64,000 bases of DNA from an uncultured Candidatus Peribacteria bacterium (lineage in GTDB: Bacteria > Patescibacteriota > Gracilibacteria > Peribacterales > Peribacteraceae), in the NCBI GenBank assembly GCA_964436765.1, contig CAYTEH010000002.1:9238-73237 (forward strand), written 5' to 3'. The first letter of the stretch is position 1; each line of letters begins with the position of its first letter. Shown here one piece after another: positions 1 to 8,705 of this stretch. The position numbers and the translations under genes are program-made. The notes under the pieces were generated by a model. It was not told the origin of the DNA. It searched no databases and was given only the letters and a program-made list of their open reading frames with translations.

Positions 1-345
1 AACTTCAAGACGCGCGAAGGCGGCATCGTCGGCTGCGTCGTCACGCTCCGTGGCAAGCGCATGGAGGAGTTCCTCGATCGCCTCGTCAGCTACGTGCTTC
101 CCCGCATCCGCGACTTCCGCGGTCTCCCCACGAAACTCGACGGCCGCGGCAACTATGCCATCGGTCTCCGCGATCAGACCATCTTCCCCGAACTTCCCCC
201 TGCCGACGCCGGCCGCACCTTCGGCATGCAGATCCAGATTACGACGAATGCCGGTCGCGACGATTATGCCCGTGCCCTGCTCAAGCACATCGGTATGCCC
301 TTTACTCCCGAGCGCAAGAAAGCGGCTTCCGCGCCGAAAGCTTAA
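1..345 (+). CDS. rplE: 50S ribosomal protein L5, C-terminal part (5' end outside window)
   Basis: Frame 1 is open from nt 1 ([28 protein letters not shown]...). This is the conserved L5 core, sitting directly upstream of S14-S8-L6 as in spc operons. Confidence 0.9.
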   Translation, partial: NFKTREGGIVGCVVTLRGKRMEEFLDRLVSYVLPRIRDFRGLPTKLDGRGNYAIGLRDQTIFPELPPADAGRTFGMQIQITTNAGRDDYARALLKHIGMPFTPERKKAASAPKA

Positions 346-365
346 CCCCTATACTGTCAGCCCTC

Positions 366-590
366 ATGACCCGAATCGCCCTCGTCAACAAGCAGAAGAA
401 GCAGCTCGCAATCTACTTGCGGGACATGAAGGCTGGCAAGAAGCCCAAGTTTCCCACTCGTATCTACAATCGTTGCAAGCTGTGCGGCCGCCGCCACGGG
501 TACATGAGATTCTTCGGTATCTGCCGCATCTGCTTCCGGGAACTTGCCACGAACGGCGATATGCCCGGCATCAAGAAATCTTCCTGGTAA
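366..590 (+). CDS. rpsN: 30S ribosomal protein S14, zinc-binding (type Z) form
   Basis: 74 aa with CKLCGR...CRICFRELA...GIKKSSW, the typical Zn-ribbon S14 C-terminus. Operon position is between L5 and S8. Confidence 0.9.
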   Translation: MTRIALVNKQKKQLAIYLRDMKAGKKPKFPTRIYNRCKLCGRRHGYMRFFGICRICFRELATNGDMPGIKKSSW

Positions 591-645
591 CCATTCCTCG
601 CTTCGCTCGTCAGGGCAAGCTCCCGTCTCAATCGTCCTTCCTCTC

Positions 646-1035
646 ATGACCAACGTAAACGACCCCATCGGCGACATGATCACCCGGATGCGCAACGCGC
701 AGCACGCCCGTCGCCAGACCTGCAGCTTCCCGCACTCGCGGATCAAACTGCAGCTGTGTGAGCTTCTGAAGGCCGAAGGATACCTGGAGGCAGTGGAGGT
801 GGTGGGCCAGGAGCCCAAGCTTCAGATCGAGGTGACGTTCGACAAGACCAAGCCGGTCTTGACCCTCAAGCGCATCAGCAAGCCCGGACGTCGCGCCTAC
901 AGTGCGGCCGCTGAGCTGAAGCCCGTCCTGCATGGTTATGGCATTGCCGTGGTGACCACGAGCGAAGGCCTCATGACCGATACGGACGCCCGCAAGAAGA
1001 AGATCGGCGGTGAAGTTCTTTGCACCGTTTCTTAA
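646..1035 (+). CDS. rpsH: 30S ribosomal protein S8
   Basis: MTNVNDPIGDMITRMRNAQ... is the canonical S8 N-terminus. The ATG at 646 lies inside the longer track ORF 544..1035. Confidence 0.95.
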   Translation: MTNVNDPIGDMITRMRNAQHARRQTCSFPHSRIKLQLCELLKAEGYLEAVEVVGQEPKLQIEVTFDKTKPVLTLKRISKPGRRAYSAAAELKPVLHGYGIAVVTTSEGLMTDTDARKKKIGGEVLCTVS

Positions 1036-1041
1036 ACCCCC

Positions 1042-1596
1042 ATGTCACGAATTGGAGCAAAACCAGTGGCCGTTCCCTCCGGAGTCACCATCCAGGTCTC
1101 CGGCCAGAACGTGTCCGTCAAAGGTCCGAAGGGCGAGCTGAAGCTCACGCTGCTGCCCGAGGTCACCGTTACGGTCGACGGCTCGGTGCTGAAGGTCACC
1201 CGCAAGGATGACAGCGACGATGCACGCGCACGTCACGGTCTCACGCGCATGCTTTTGAACAGCATGATCATCGGTGTCGACAAGGGCTTCGAAAAGAAGC
1301 TGGAGATCATCGGCGTCGGTTACAAGGCGACGGTGAAGGGCAAGACGCTCGGTCTGGCGCTCGGACACTCGCACCCCATCAACTTCGCCATCCCGGCCGG
1401 TATCGAAATCGTTCCTGACGAGAAGAACAAGAACATCATTGCCATCCGCGGCATCGACAAGCAGCTCGTCGGTCAGGTCGCATCCGACATCCGCGGCCTG
1501 CGCCCGCCCGAGCCCTACAAGGGTAAAGGCGTCCGTTACCTCGGCGAAGCCGTCCGCCGCAAGGCAGGCAAGGCTGCCGTGGCCAAAGCGGCTTAG
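1042..1596 (+). CDS. rplF: 50S ribosomal protein L6
   Basis: MSRIGAKPVAVPSGVTI...GYKA...PYKGKGVRY motifs, with matching operon order. Confidence 0.95.
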   Translation: MSRIGAKPVAVPSGVTIQVSGQNVSVKGPKGELKLTLLPEVTVTVDGSVLKVTRKDDSDDARARHGLTRMLLNSMIIGVDKGFEKKLEIIGVGYKATVKGKTLGLALGHSHPINFAIPAGIEIVPDEKNKNIIAIRGIDKQLVGQVASDIRGLRPPEPYKGKGVRYLGEAVRRKAGKAAVAKAA

Positions 1597-1659
1597 TTTC
1601 CTATCCCCACCCGCCCCGCAAGCGGGAGAGGGTAACCCCCACCTCATCACTCACTGACA

Positions 1660-2007
1660 ATGTCCCGCCCCACGAAGACCGACCTCCGGCAAGCTCGCAA
1701 GCGTCGCATCCGCGCCCGCGTCCGCGGCACGTCTGCCCGCCCGCGCCTCAGCGTGTATCGCTCGCTCACGCGCATCATCGCGCAGGTGATCGATGACGAA
1801 GCCGGCAAGACGCTCGTCTCGGCCAGCACCACCGAAGTGAAATCCAAGCTCAACAAGGACGGTGCCAAGAAACTCGGTGAACTCATCGCAAAGAAAGCCA
1901 AAGATGCCAAGATCACCGCCGTCGTCTTCGATCGCGGCGGGTACCGCTACCACGGCCGCATCAAGGAAATGGCCGACGCCGCGCGCGAAGGCGGCCTCAC
2001 ATTCTGA
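1660..2007 (+). CDS. rplR: 50S ribosomal protein L18
   Basis: RKRRIRARVRGTSARPRLSVYRS...FDRGGYRYHGRIKEMADAAREGGL is the classic L18 signature. Confidence 0.95.
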   Translation: MSRPTKTDLRQARKRRIRARVRGTSARPRLSVYRSLTRIIAQVIDDEAGKTLVSASTTEVKSKLNKDGAKKLGELIAKKAKDAKITAVVFDRGGYRYHGRIKEMADAAREGGLTF

Positions 2008-2056
2008 TTTCTTCCCTTCGCGGCCATAACGGCCGCGCTCCTCAATTTCTCCTCCT

Positions 2057-2701
2057 ATGAACGCAGCAGCAAAGACCTCCCGGCCCGACCGCAAGCGCGG
2101 CGACCATCGTCGCCAGCGCGAGCCGAGCGAATTTGCCGAGGCGACGCTGAGCATCGACCGCGTTACACGCGTGGTGAAGGGTGGACGCCGCATGCGTTTC
2201 CGCGCCATCGTGGTTGTGGGTAATCGCAAGGGCAAGGTGGGTCTCGGCACCGGGAAGGCCACCGAAGTCCAGGCCGCTGTCAAAAAGGCCGTCTCGGCCG
2301 CCAAGCGCGCCATGATCCGTATTCCGCTGAAGAACGGAAGCATCCCGCATGCCGTCGAAAAGAAATTCAAGGCCGCGCGCATCCTCATCATGCCCGCCCG
2401 CCAGGGTACCGGCATCATCGCGGGTGGTGCTCTTCGCGTGATCCTCGATCACGCCGGTGTCAAAGATTGTCTCAGCAAGCGCTTCGGTTCACGTAACAAG
2501 CTTGTGAACGCCCAGGCAACCATGATCGCTCTCGGCATGCTCAAGCCCCTCTCGGCCGCCGACGCCGCAGCCGTGGCCTCCACGGAAGCGCCCAAGCCCG
2601 GCACCGAGCCCGGAACTCCCGCCGCTTCCATCCGCGAAGTGACCAAGGAAGAGGTCGTGAAGCAGCAGCAGATCCACCGCCAGGGTCAGATCGAGGCGTA
2701 A
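2057..2701 (+). CDS. rpsE: 30S ribosomal protein S5 with a C-terminal extension of about 50 aa
   Basis: IDRVTRVVKGGRRMRFRAIVVVGN...GTGIIAGGALR is the S5 core. An Ala/Pro-rich tail follows the core. Confidence 0.95.
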   Translation: MNAAAKTSRPDRKRGDHRRQREPSEFAEATLSIDRVTRVVKGGRRMRFRAIVVVGNRKGKVGLGTGKATEVQAAVKKAVSAAKRAMIRIPLKNGSIPHAVEKKFKAARILIMPARQGTGIIAGGALRVILDHAGVKDCLSKRFGSRNKLVNAQATMIALGMLKPLSAADAAAVASTEAPKPGTEPGTPAASIREVTKEEVVKQQQIHRQGQIEA

Positions 2702-2735
2702 TTCCTGCCGCCGGTGGGGATTTTCCGTACTTCGT

Positions 2736-3038
2736 ATGTCACTTTCGAGGAACCCGATGTGCACAGACGTCCATGAGTTCACGCCGTACCCGGACGCGCG
2801 ACCACTGGTGAAAGCGCTTGTCTCAATGGCGTCTGCAGATGAGGCACGCATGGCCTGCCAATGCGTTCATCCTGCGAAGAAACTCATACGCCTGTATGGC
2901 AAAGAGAAGGAGCCGTCGGACGTATTGGACGTACTCGTGGAAAAAGTGTGTGCTGTTTGCCAAGAAACTGTCGCCCTGATCAGGATGAAAATAGATAAAT
3001 CGTTCCTGAAAAGAGTCGACCGCAAGGACACAAAATAG
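2736..3038 (+). CDS. hypothetical protein (100 aa), Cys-containing, lower GC than its neighbours
   Basis: The only ORF in the slot where rpmD (L30) normally lies. It has no resemblance to L30 and no motif I recognise. Confidence 0.4.
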   Translation: MSLSRNPMCTDVHEFTPYPDARPLVKALVSMASADEARMACQCVHPAKKLIRLYGKEKEPSDVLDVLVEKVCAVCQETVALIRMKIDKSFLKRVDRKDTK

Positions 3039-3059
3039 TCTCCGTGTTAGACTGCACAC

Positions 3060-3569
3060 GTGCAGAAGGCGATCCTCATCATCGCTCAAACGGGATATCA
3101 GGACGTCGAACTCGACGGCACACGGAAGGGTCTTCTTGATGCCGGTTTTGACGTTACGCTCGCGAGCATCAAGGCGGGTCCGTGCGAAGGCAAATTCGGG
3201 GGAGAGGAGAAGGCATCGGTCGCGCTCAAGGACGTCGATGTCGCGGACTACGACCGCGTCGCCTTCATCGGCGGGCCCGGCGCGAACACGCTCTATCAGA
3301 ATAAAGATGCGCAGCGCATCGCCATCGAGACCGCTGCGGCGGGCAAGCCGCTCGGTGCCATCTGCATCGCGCCGAAAGTCCTTGCGGTCGCGGGCGTGCT
3401 GGACGGCAAGAAGGCGACGGTCTGGAACGACGACGGTGATCAGGCGGGATTCCTCGCGCTTCACAACGTCCAATACACCGGGGAAGACGTCACGGTCGAC
3501 GGACTGATCGTCACGGCGAACGGGCCCAAGGCGGCCATCGCATTTGGGAAAACACTGGCATCTATGTGA
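3060..3569 (+). CDS. DJ-1/PfpI family protein
   Basis: GTG start. Flavodoxin-like layout with ...DYDRVAFIGGPG... and the nucleophile-elbow motif LGAICIAPKVLA typical of DJ-1/PfpI. Confidence 0.85.
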   Translation: MQKAILIIAQTGYQDVELDGTRKGLLDAGFDVTLASIKAGPCEGKFGGEEKASVALKDVDVADYDRVAFIGGPGANTLYQNKDAQRIAIETAAAGKPLGAICIAPKVLAVAGVLDGKKATVWNDDGDQAGFLALHNVQYTGEDVTVDGLIVTANGPKAAIAFGKTLASM

Positions 3570-3574
3570 GAGTT

Positions 3575-3760
3575 GGCGTTGTGCGGGGTCGCCGTCTTGT
3601 TGCCCTCACCCGGTTCGCCCTGGGCGAACCACCCTCTCCCGCAAGCTCTCCCTCGCTACGCTGGGGATCGCGCGGGAGAGGGGAGCCCTCACCCGGCGCG
3701 CGGCGCGAGCCCTCACCCTTCCTCTCCCACTGCGGCGGGAGAGGGGATAGAGGAAAAAGC
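3575..3760. repeat. Cluster of at least 3 GC-rich hairpin repeats (family A, CCCTCTCCC-loop-GGGAGAGGG)
   Basis: ggttcgcc-ctg-ggcgaacc; ccctctcccgc...gcgggagagggg; cctctccc-actgcggc-gggagagg. Overlapping track ORFs translate to low-complexity PSP/GEG strings. Confidence 0.65.
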
Positions 3761-3807
3761 AAGAAACCTGCTGCTTGTTATCCAAGCCAGTGTCCTCTCT
3801 GTCACAA

Positions 3808-4941
3808 TTACTTTTGTTCTATGGTTTTCCCTCCGAAGTGCTGCACCCAGATGCCCGCGGTGAGGCCGATGCCGATGTCGGTGAACGTGGGCGTCAAGAT
3901 CGCCCGTCGATGCGAGGGAGAAGCCATCCATGCTTCCACCACTTCTTTGGCGGAGCGCTGCCCGCGCGCGATGTTCTCGGCCACCGTATAGCGTGCGACG
4001 CAAAGGCATGTAAGTTCGTAGAACGACCGGTAGTAGCCCGAGGTTTCAATGCGGCTTTGGAGCGTATGGCCATCCGGATCCTGATGGCCGAAGAAGCCGC
4101 GCGTGGCCATGTCTTCGGCATAGGCCTGGGCCGAGATTTCGAGCGCGATATTCCGCTTGAGGATGGGCAACCCGGCTTTGCGCCGTTCGGCATTCGTCAG
4201 CAGGAGGATTTCGTCCCGGATCCCAGGGATGTTCTTTGCATTCTCGTACGCGGGCGGAGGCGGAGGAAGGGGAGTCGGTTTCTTGAGCACCAGGCTCGAT
4301 GGAGCCTGCATGAGGATCGAATCCTCGGTTTTTGTGGAAATGCGGTCGTAGAGCGTGAGCTGGTATGTGGCCTGCTTTTTCGCCAGGTCCACTTCCTTCA
4401 GTGCGGGGAGATGCTCGTTCGCAAGTTTTTGGCTCAAAATCCTGAGAGCCTGCATCGCCTCCTCGTGCGTCAGCTCTTTCTCGCCGTTCAGTTTCGACTG
4501 GTCCGTGTCGGCAGGGAACAGATTGAACTTGCGCGCGATGCCGGCGTACGGCGCGTACCACGATGCCGCGACCACGTCCTTATAGAGGTAGGGGAGGTTC
4601 AGTTGCAGCCCGAACGTCGTGGAGAGCATCTTCAAAAACTCCGAACGGAGCACGACGTCGCCCGGACGAATGTTGCCGGTTCCCGGTTGCGTTTCCAGTA
4701 TCCCGTACCGCGCGGCGAGGGTCACGTAGCGCTCGAACCAGTCGCCGCGCTTCACATCGGGGAACTTCCCCTGGGAGGAGACATCGGGAATATTGGTCGC
4801 CTTCAGGCGTGTCTTGAGAAGAATCATCGCTGCTTCCGCGCGCGTCACGTTCGGGGTTTGATACTGGACCGTCGCCGCAAACGTACCCGTCGGGAGCGTG
4901 ACGAGGAGTAAAACTGCCAGAAATCGATGTATAAGCTTCAT
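3808..4941 (-). CDS. Secreted protein with 2 SLH domains and a C-terminal CAP/SCP (YkwD-like) domain
   Basis: Signal peptide MKLIHRFLAVLLLVTLPTGTFA. SLH motifs are FPDVKRGDWFERYV and YKDVVAASWYAPYA. CAP motifs are NAERRKAGLP...GFFGHQDPDG...ENIARG...WMASPSHRRAIL. Start chosen at ATG 4941 inside ORF 3808..5031. Confidence 0.8.
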   Translation of the reverse strand: MKLIHRFLAVLLLVTLPTGTFAATVQYQTPNVTRAEAAMILLKTRLKATNIPDVSSQGKFPDVKRGDWFERYVTLAARYGILETQPGTGNIRPGDVVLRSEFLKMLSTTFGLQLNLPYLYKDVVAASWYAPYAGIARKFNLFPADTDQSKLNGEKELTHEEAMQALRILSQKLANEHLPALKEVDLAKKQATYQLTLYDRISTKTEDSILMQAPSSLVLKKPTPLPPPPPAYENAKNIPGIRDEILLLTNAERRKAGLPILKRNIALEISAQAYAEDMATRGFFGHQDPDGHTLQSRIETSGYYRSFYELTCLCVARYTVAENIARGQRSAKEVVEAWMASPSHRRAILTPTFTDIGIGLTAGIWVQHFGGKTIEQK

Positions 4942-5159
4942 TTTTGTACGTGTGTGTACACTGAACTTATCTATTATTATATCATTTTTTATATTTTTAA
5001 GCAATAAGCCGCCTGGTTGCCATTTTTGCACGTAGAACCCCTTTGACCCTTCCTCTTTTTCCCTCTATGATGCCTTCCCCGGGTAGTCATGTGCTGCCCC
5101 TAGCGGCCAGAACCCTTCGACTTCGTTCAGGGGTGACGGCCACGCTTCTCATCTTTCCT

Positions 5160-5603
5160 ATGCTTCACCACTTCAAGCCAGCCAAGGGTTCGCGTCGCAA
5201 ATCGAAGCGCGTCGCGCGCGGCAACAGCGCAGGCGGCGGTACCACCGCAGGACGCGGTACCAAAGGCCAGCAGTCTCGCACGGGTAAGGGCCGCAAGTTC
5301 GGTTTTGAAGGTGGCCAGGTTCCTCTGCTCATGCGTCAGCCGAAGCTTGGCGGTTTCACGCACCCGCGTCGCGAGGACTACGAGGCGATCCCGCTCCAGG
5401 TTCTCGAGCGCAAGTTGAGCGCAGGCGCATACGACATCGCCGCTCTCCGTGCGCAGAAAATTGTTCGTCGCAGCGGGAAGGTGAAGATCCTCGGCGGCGG
5501 CGCTCTCACGAAGAAGCTCGACTTGATCGTGCATGCCGCGTCGAAGAGTGCAAAGGACGCCGTCAAGAAGGCAGGAGGTTCTATCACGATTGTTAAGGAT
5601 TAA
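5160..5603 (+). CDS. rplO: 50S ribosomal protein L15
   Basis: MLHHFKPAKGSRRKSKRVARGNSAGGGTTAGRGTKGQ is the canonical L15 N-terminus. The ATG at 5160 lies inside ORF 5043..5603. Confidence 0.9.
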   Translation: MLHHFKPAKGSRRKSKRVARGNSAGGGTTAGRGTKGQQSRTGKGRKFGFEGGQVPLLMRQPKLGGFTHPRREDYEAIPLQVLERKLSAGAYDIAALRAQKIVRRSGKVKILGGGALTKKLDLIVHAASKSAKDAVKKAGGSITIVKD

Positions 5604-5744
5604 TTTCCCCCCATTCCCTTTTTCCTAAGAATTATTTCTCCCGAGTCCCCCTCACCCTGCCTTTCCCCCCTGTCGGGTGGAGAGCGGATAGAGGAATCAA
5701 TAGCGAACTGGGAGAAGTCACTTCCACTCCAAACCTGTAGTCCA

Positions 5745-7019
5745 ATGTTCAATTATATCCAGCAGCTTTGGCGCTCAGAGGACCTTCGTACGAGGATCCT
5801 CTTCACGATTGCGATGCTTCTCGTGTATCGCCTCATCGCCCACATCCCCGTCCCGTCCGCGGATCCCATCGCGCTCCGGCAGTTCCTTGCGACGCGGGGC
5901 GGCGGCGGCGCGCTCGGGGTGTTCGCGGCCCTCACCGGCGGCGGGCTCGATAACTTCTCGGTGGCATTGCTGGGGCTCTCGCCCTACATCAACGCGTCCA
6001 TTATCGTGCAGCTCTGCACGGTGATCTTCCCCAAGCTTGAGGCTCTCAGCAAAGAAGGCGCCCAGGGCCAGCAGGTACTCAACCGCTACACGCGCTGGAT
6101 CACGTTCCCTCTCGCCTTCGTTCAGAGTTACGGCTTCCTCATCCTGCTCGGCCGCGGCGGCGTGCAGCTGGTGGATACGACCTTCCCGGCTGTGCTCGCA
6201 CCCATGCTGTTCGTCACCTGCGGGTCACTCTTCCTCATGTGGCTCGGTGAACTCATCACCGAGAAGGGTATTGGCAACGGCGTTTCTATGATCATCTTCG
6301 TCGGCATTGTCGCCAGCATCCCCTCACACTTCGCGACGCTTGCGGCGGATCCCACCAAGACCGGTCCGATGTTCCTGTTCCTCATCGTCTCGCTTGCGCT
6401 ACTCGTGGCCGTGGTCCTCTTCACCGATGCACACCGGCTTCTTCCCATCACCTACGCCAACCAGGGCGCGGGACGCGGCGTGCAGGGAAACATCCCCATC
6501 CGTCTGAACCAGGCCGGCATGATCCCCATCATCTTCGCCGTTTCGCTCATCACGTTCCCGGCGATCATCGCCCAGTTCCTCCAGACGGCCCCCCGCTTCG
6601 CGGGAGCGGTCGGCTTCATCAACACGTACCTGAACTCCCAGAGCCCCAGCATCCCCTACATGGTGGCGTATTTCCTGCTCGTGATCGCGTTCACCTACTT
6701 CTACGTGTCCGTCACGTTCAAGCCCCAGGAGGTGGCCGAGACCATCCAGAAGCGCGGCGGCTTCATCCCCGGCGTACGTCCCGGCGCGCAGACGGCCAAG
6801 CTCCTCGAGAAAACCAGCAGCCGGCTGAACCTGTGGGGCGGCGCGTTCCTCGGCATCGTCGCCATCATCCCGCTGCTTTTCACGCGCTACACGACACTTG
6901 GCTCCACCGAGCTGCTCATCTCCGGCTCCGGCTTGATCATCATCGTCGGAGTCGTGATGGAACTGATCCGCCAGATCAACGCGCAGATGCTTGCGCACGA
7001 TTATGAGAAATTAGTTTAA
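5745..7019 (+). CDS. secY: Preprotein translocase subunit SecY
   Basis: 424 aa, 10-TM pattern, GGALGVFAL..SPYINASIIVQL and LNQAGMIPIIFA motifs. Follows rplO as expected. Confidence 0.95.
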   Translation: MFNYIQQLWRSEDLRTRILFTIAMLLVYRLIAHIPVPSADPIALRQFLATRGGGGALGVFAALTGGGLDNFSVALLGLSPYINASIIVQLCTVIFPKLEALSKEGAQGQQVLNRYTRWITFPLAFVQSYGFLILLGRGGVQLVDTTFPAVLAPMLFVTCGSLFLMWLGELITEKGIGNGVSMIIFVGIVASIPSHFATLAADPTKTGPMFLFLIVSLALLVAVVLFTDAHRLLPITYANQGAGRGVQGNIPIRLNQAGMIPIIFAVSLITFPAIIAQFLQTAPRFAGAVGFINTYLNSQSPSIPYMVAYFLLVIAFTYFYVSVTFKPQEVAETIQKRGGFIPGVRPGAQTAKLLEKTSSRLNLWGGAFLGIVAIIPLLFTRYTTLGSTELLISGSGLIIIVGVVMELIRQINAQMLAHDYEKLV

Positions 7020-7021
7020 GT

Positions 7022-7228
7022 ATGAGTAATCCAGGAGAAAATCCACCGACAGACCCGGAAAGCATTCCCGTAGATGGTGACATGTCCCCCGAGGAAGCTG
7101 AAAGATTACTTGCAGGTTCTTTGGATGCCTTACGCGATTTATGGAATGATTCGGAATTAGGCCCGGTGATCCGTGAGTTAAATCCGGATGGTATTCATGG
7201 ATCAACGCTCAAGAAACCGAATGCATAA
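7022..7228 (+). CDS. hypothetical small acidic protein (68 aa)
   Basis: ORF starts 3 nt after the secY stop, in a low-GC patch. No recognisable motif. Confidence 0.4.
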   Translation: MSNPGENPPTDPESIPVDGDMSPEEAERLLAGSLDALRDLWNDSELGPVIRELNPDGIHGSTLKKPNA

Positions 7229-7250
7229 CCAAATATTCTGATATTTCTCT

Positions 7251-7817
7251 ATGGATCTAGTATTATTCGGGATTCAAGGAAGTGGCAAAGGTACACAGGC
7301 AAAAAAACTTGCTGCTGAATTCGGTTATGACATTTTTGAGGCCGGCGGTGAACTTAGAAAGATCGCTGCTTCAGGGTCAGAACTCGGCCAAACTGTGAAG
7401 TCCTACATCGACGCGGGCAACCTTGTGCCGCACGAGATCATCATGAAAGTGGTGAAGGAGGCGATCGGCGCGCGCCCCAAGTCACAGAAAATTTTGTTCG
7501 ACGGCATCCCGCGCGACGGCAACCAGCAGAAAGACTTCGATGCGATCATGAAAGAGACCGGACGCGACTTCAAGGTGATCCACCTCAAGCTCGATCCAGA
7601 AGAAGGCGTGCGCCGCATCTTCGGCCGCGCGAAGACCGAAGGCCGCAAGGACGACAGCGACGAGGCGATCATCCGCAAGCGCATGAAGACCTTTACCGAG
7701 AAGACGGTGCCGGTGCTGGAGGAGTACAGGAAGAGGGGACTGGTGACGGAAATCGATGGGATGAAAAATGTTGATGAGGTGTATGCGGAGATGAAGAAGA
7801 TGACGATGTCATGGTGA
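7251..7817 (+). CDS. adk: Adenylate kinase (short-LID type)
   Basis: P-loop GIQGSGKGTQAKKLA, GNLVPHEI, FDGIPR, RKDDSDEAIRKR motifs. Confidence 0.9.
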   Translation: MDLVLFGIQGSGKGTQAKKLAAEFGYDIFEAGGELRKIAASGSELGQTVKSYIDAGNLVPHEIIMKVVKEAIGARPKSQKILFDGIPRDGNQQKDFDAIMKETGRDFKVIHLKLDPEEGVRRIFGRAKTEGRKDDSDEAIIRKRMKTFTEKTVPVLEEYRKRGLVTEIDGMKNVDEVYAEMKKMTMSW

Positions 7818-7819
7818 GT

Positions 7820-7902
7820 CCTTCGTCAGGCTCAGGACAGGCTCCGCGAACCATGACTGCAGGACGTGTCGCATGTCTCCTTCGACTACGCTCAGGATGA
7901 CA
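7820..7902. repeat. Family B repeat variants (ccttcg..gctcagga(t)gaca), two tandem copies
   Basis: ccttcgtcaggctcaggacagg and ccttcgactacgctcaggatgaca. Related words occur at 18281, 19868, 30300, 50016 and 56728. Confidence 0.55.
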
Positions 7903-8051
7903 TGCTTTGCTGATCTGGAATTGATAATTCTCTCTTTGGTCATTAGGCTTTAGTCATCTCCTCCTTCCAGATTCTCACCCAGGCCCAAATTTCTTCCCTC
8001 CGCAAAGCGGGGAAGATCCTGCGCGGGTGCCTCGACCATACCGCCAAGGCC

Positions 8052-8705
8052 GTGAAGCCCGGCATCACCACCGGCGAACTCGACCGCATCGCCGAGGAAT
8101 TCATCCGCTCGCACGACGGTGCCACTCCCGCATTCAAGGGCTACAACGGTTTCACGGGCACCATTTGTGCCTCGGTGAACGATGAGTGCGTGCACGGGAT
8201 TCCGGGGAAAAGGGTACTGAACGACGGCGACATCATTGCCATCGACTGCGGTGTTATCTGCAATGGCATCTACACCGACGCGTGCGTCAGCGTCGGAGTC
8301 GGTACCGTGAGGCCGGACGTGCAGACGTTCCTGCAGGTCTCACAAGAGGCGCTGGAAGAGGCCTGCGCGCTCGTGCGTCCCGGCGTGAAAGTGGGGGATT
8401 TGTCCTCCACCATCCAGAAGTACCTGGAGACCCGCGGCTATTCTCCCGTCAAAGGCCTCACCGGGCACGGCCTCGGTACTACGCTCCATCAGTTCCCGGA
8501 CATCCCCAACAGCGGCCGCGCCGGTACGGGGCCCGCACTGCCCGCAAACATCGCCATCGCCATCGAACCCATCACCGCCATGGGCGGCGCAGGCATCAAG
8601 GACGGTGACGACGGCTGGACCATCTTTACGGCCGACGGGTCCCTGTCGGCCCATTTTGAGCATACTATTCTTGTCACGCACGACGGTCACGAAATCATTG
8701 CCTGA
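8052..8705 (+). CDS. map: Methionine aminopeptidase type I (annotated from the first GTG; homology extends upstream to about 7956)
   Basis: VKPGITTGELD...HGIPG...DGDIIAIDCG...TGHGLG...IEP...FEHTILVT metal-ligand motifs. The in-frame upstream ILTQAQISSLRKAGKIL is the normal MAP N-terminal helix but has no ATG/GTG/TTG. Confidence 0.9.
   Translation: MKPGITTGELDRIAEEFIRSHDGATPAFKGYNGFTGTICASVNDECVHGIPGKRVLNDGDIIAIDCGVICNGIYTDACVSVGVGTVRPDVQTFLQVSQEALEEACALVRPGVKVGDLSSTIQKYLETRGYSPVKGLTGHGLGTTLHQFPDIPNSGRAGTGPALPANIAIAIEPITAMGGAGIKDGDDGWTIFTADGSLSAHFEHTILVTHDGHEIIA

Noticed and set aside
2736-3038. Candidate for the missing L30 (rpmD) on positional grounds
   Set aside because: At 100 aa it is Cys-rich and has no resemblance to the roughly 60-aa L30 fold sequence. 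It is kept only as a hypothetical protein.
3544-4009. Several 60-140-aa ORFs on both strands over the repeat cluster
   Set aside because: Their translations are low-complexity PSP/GEG/RGR strings produced by the GC hairpin repeats, and they overlap the 3' end of the well-supported CAP-domain gene.
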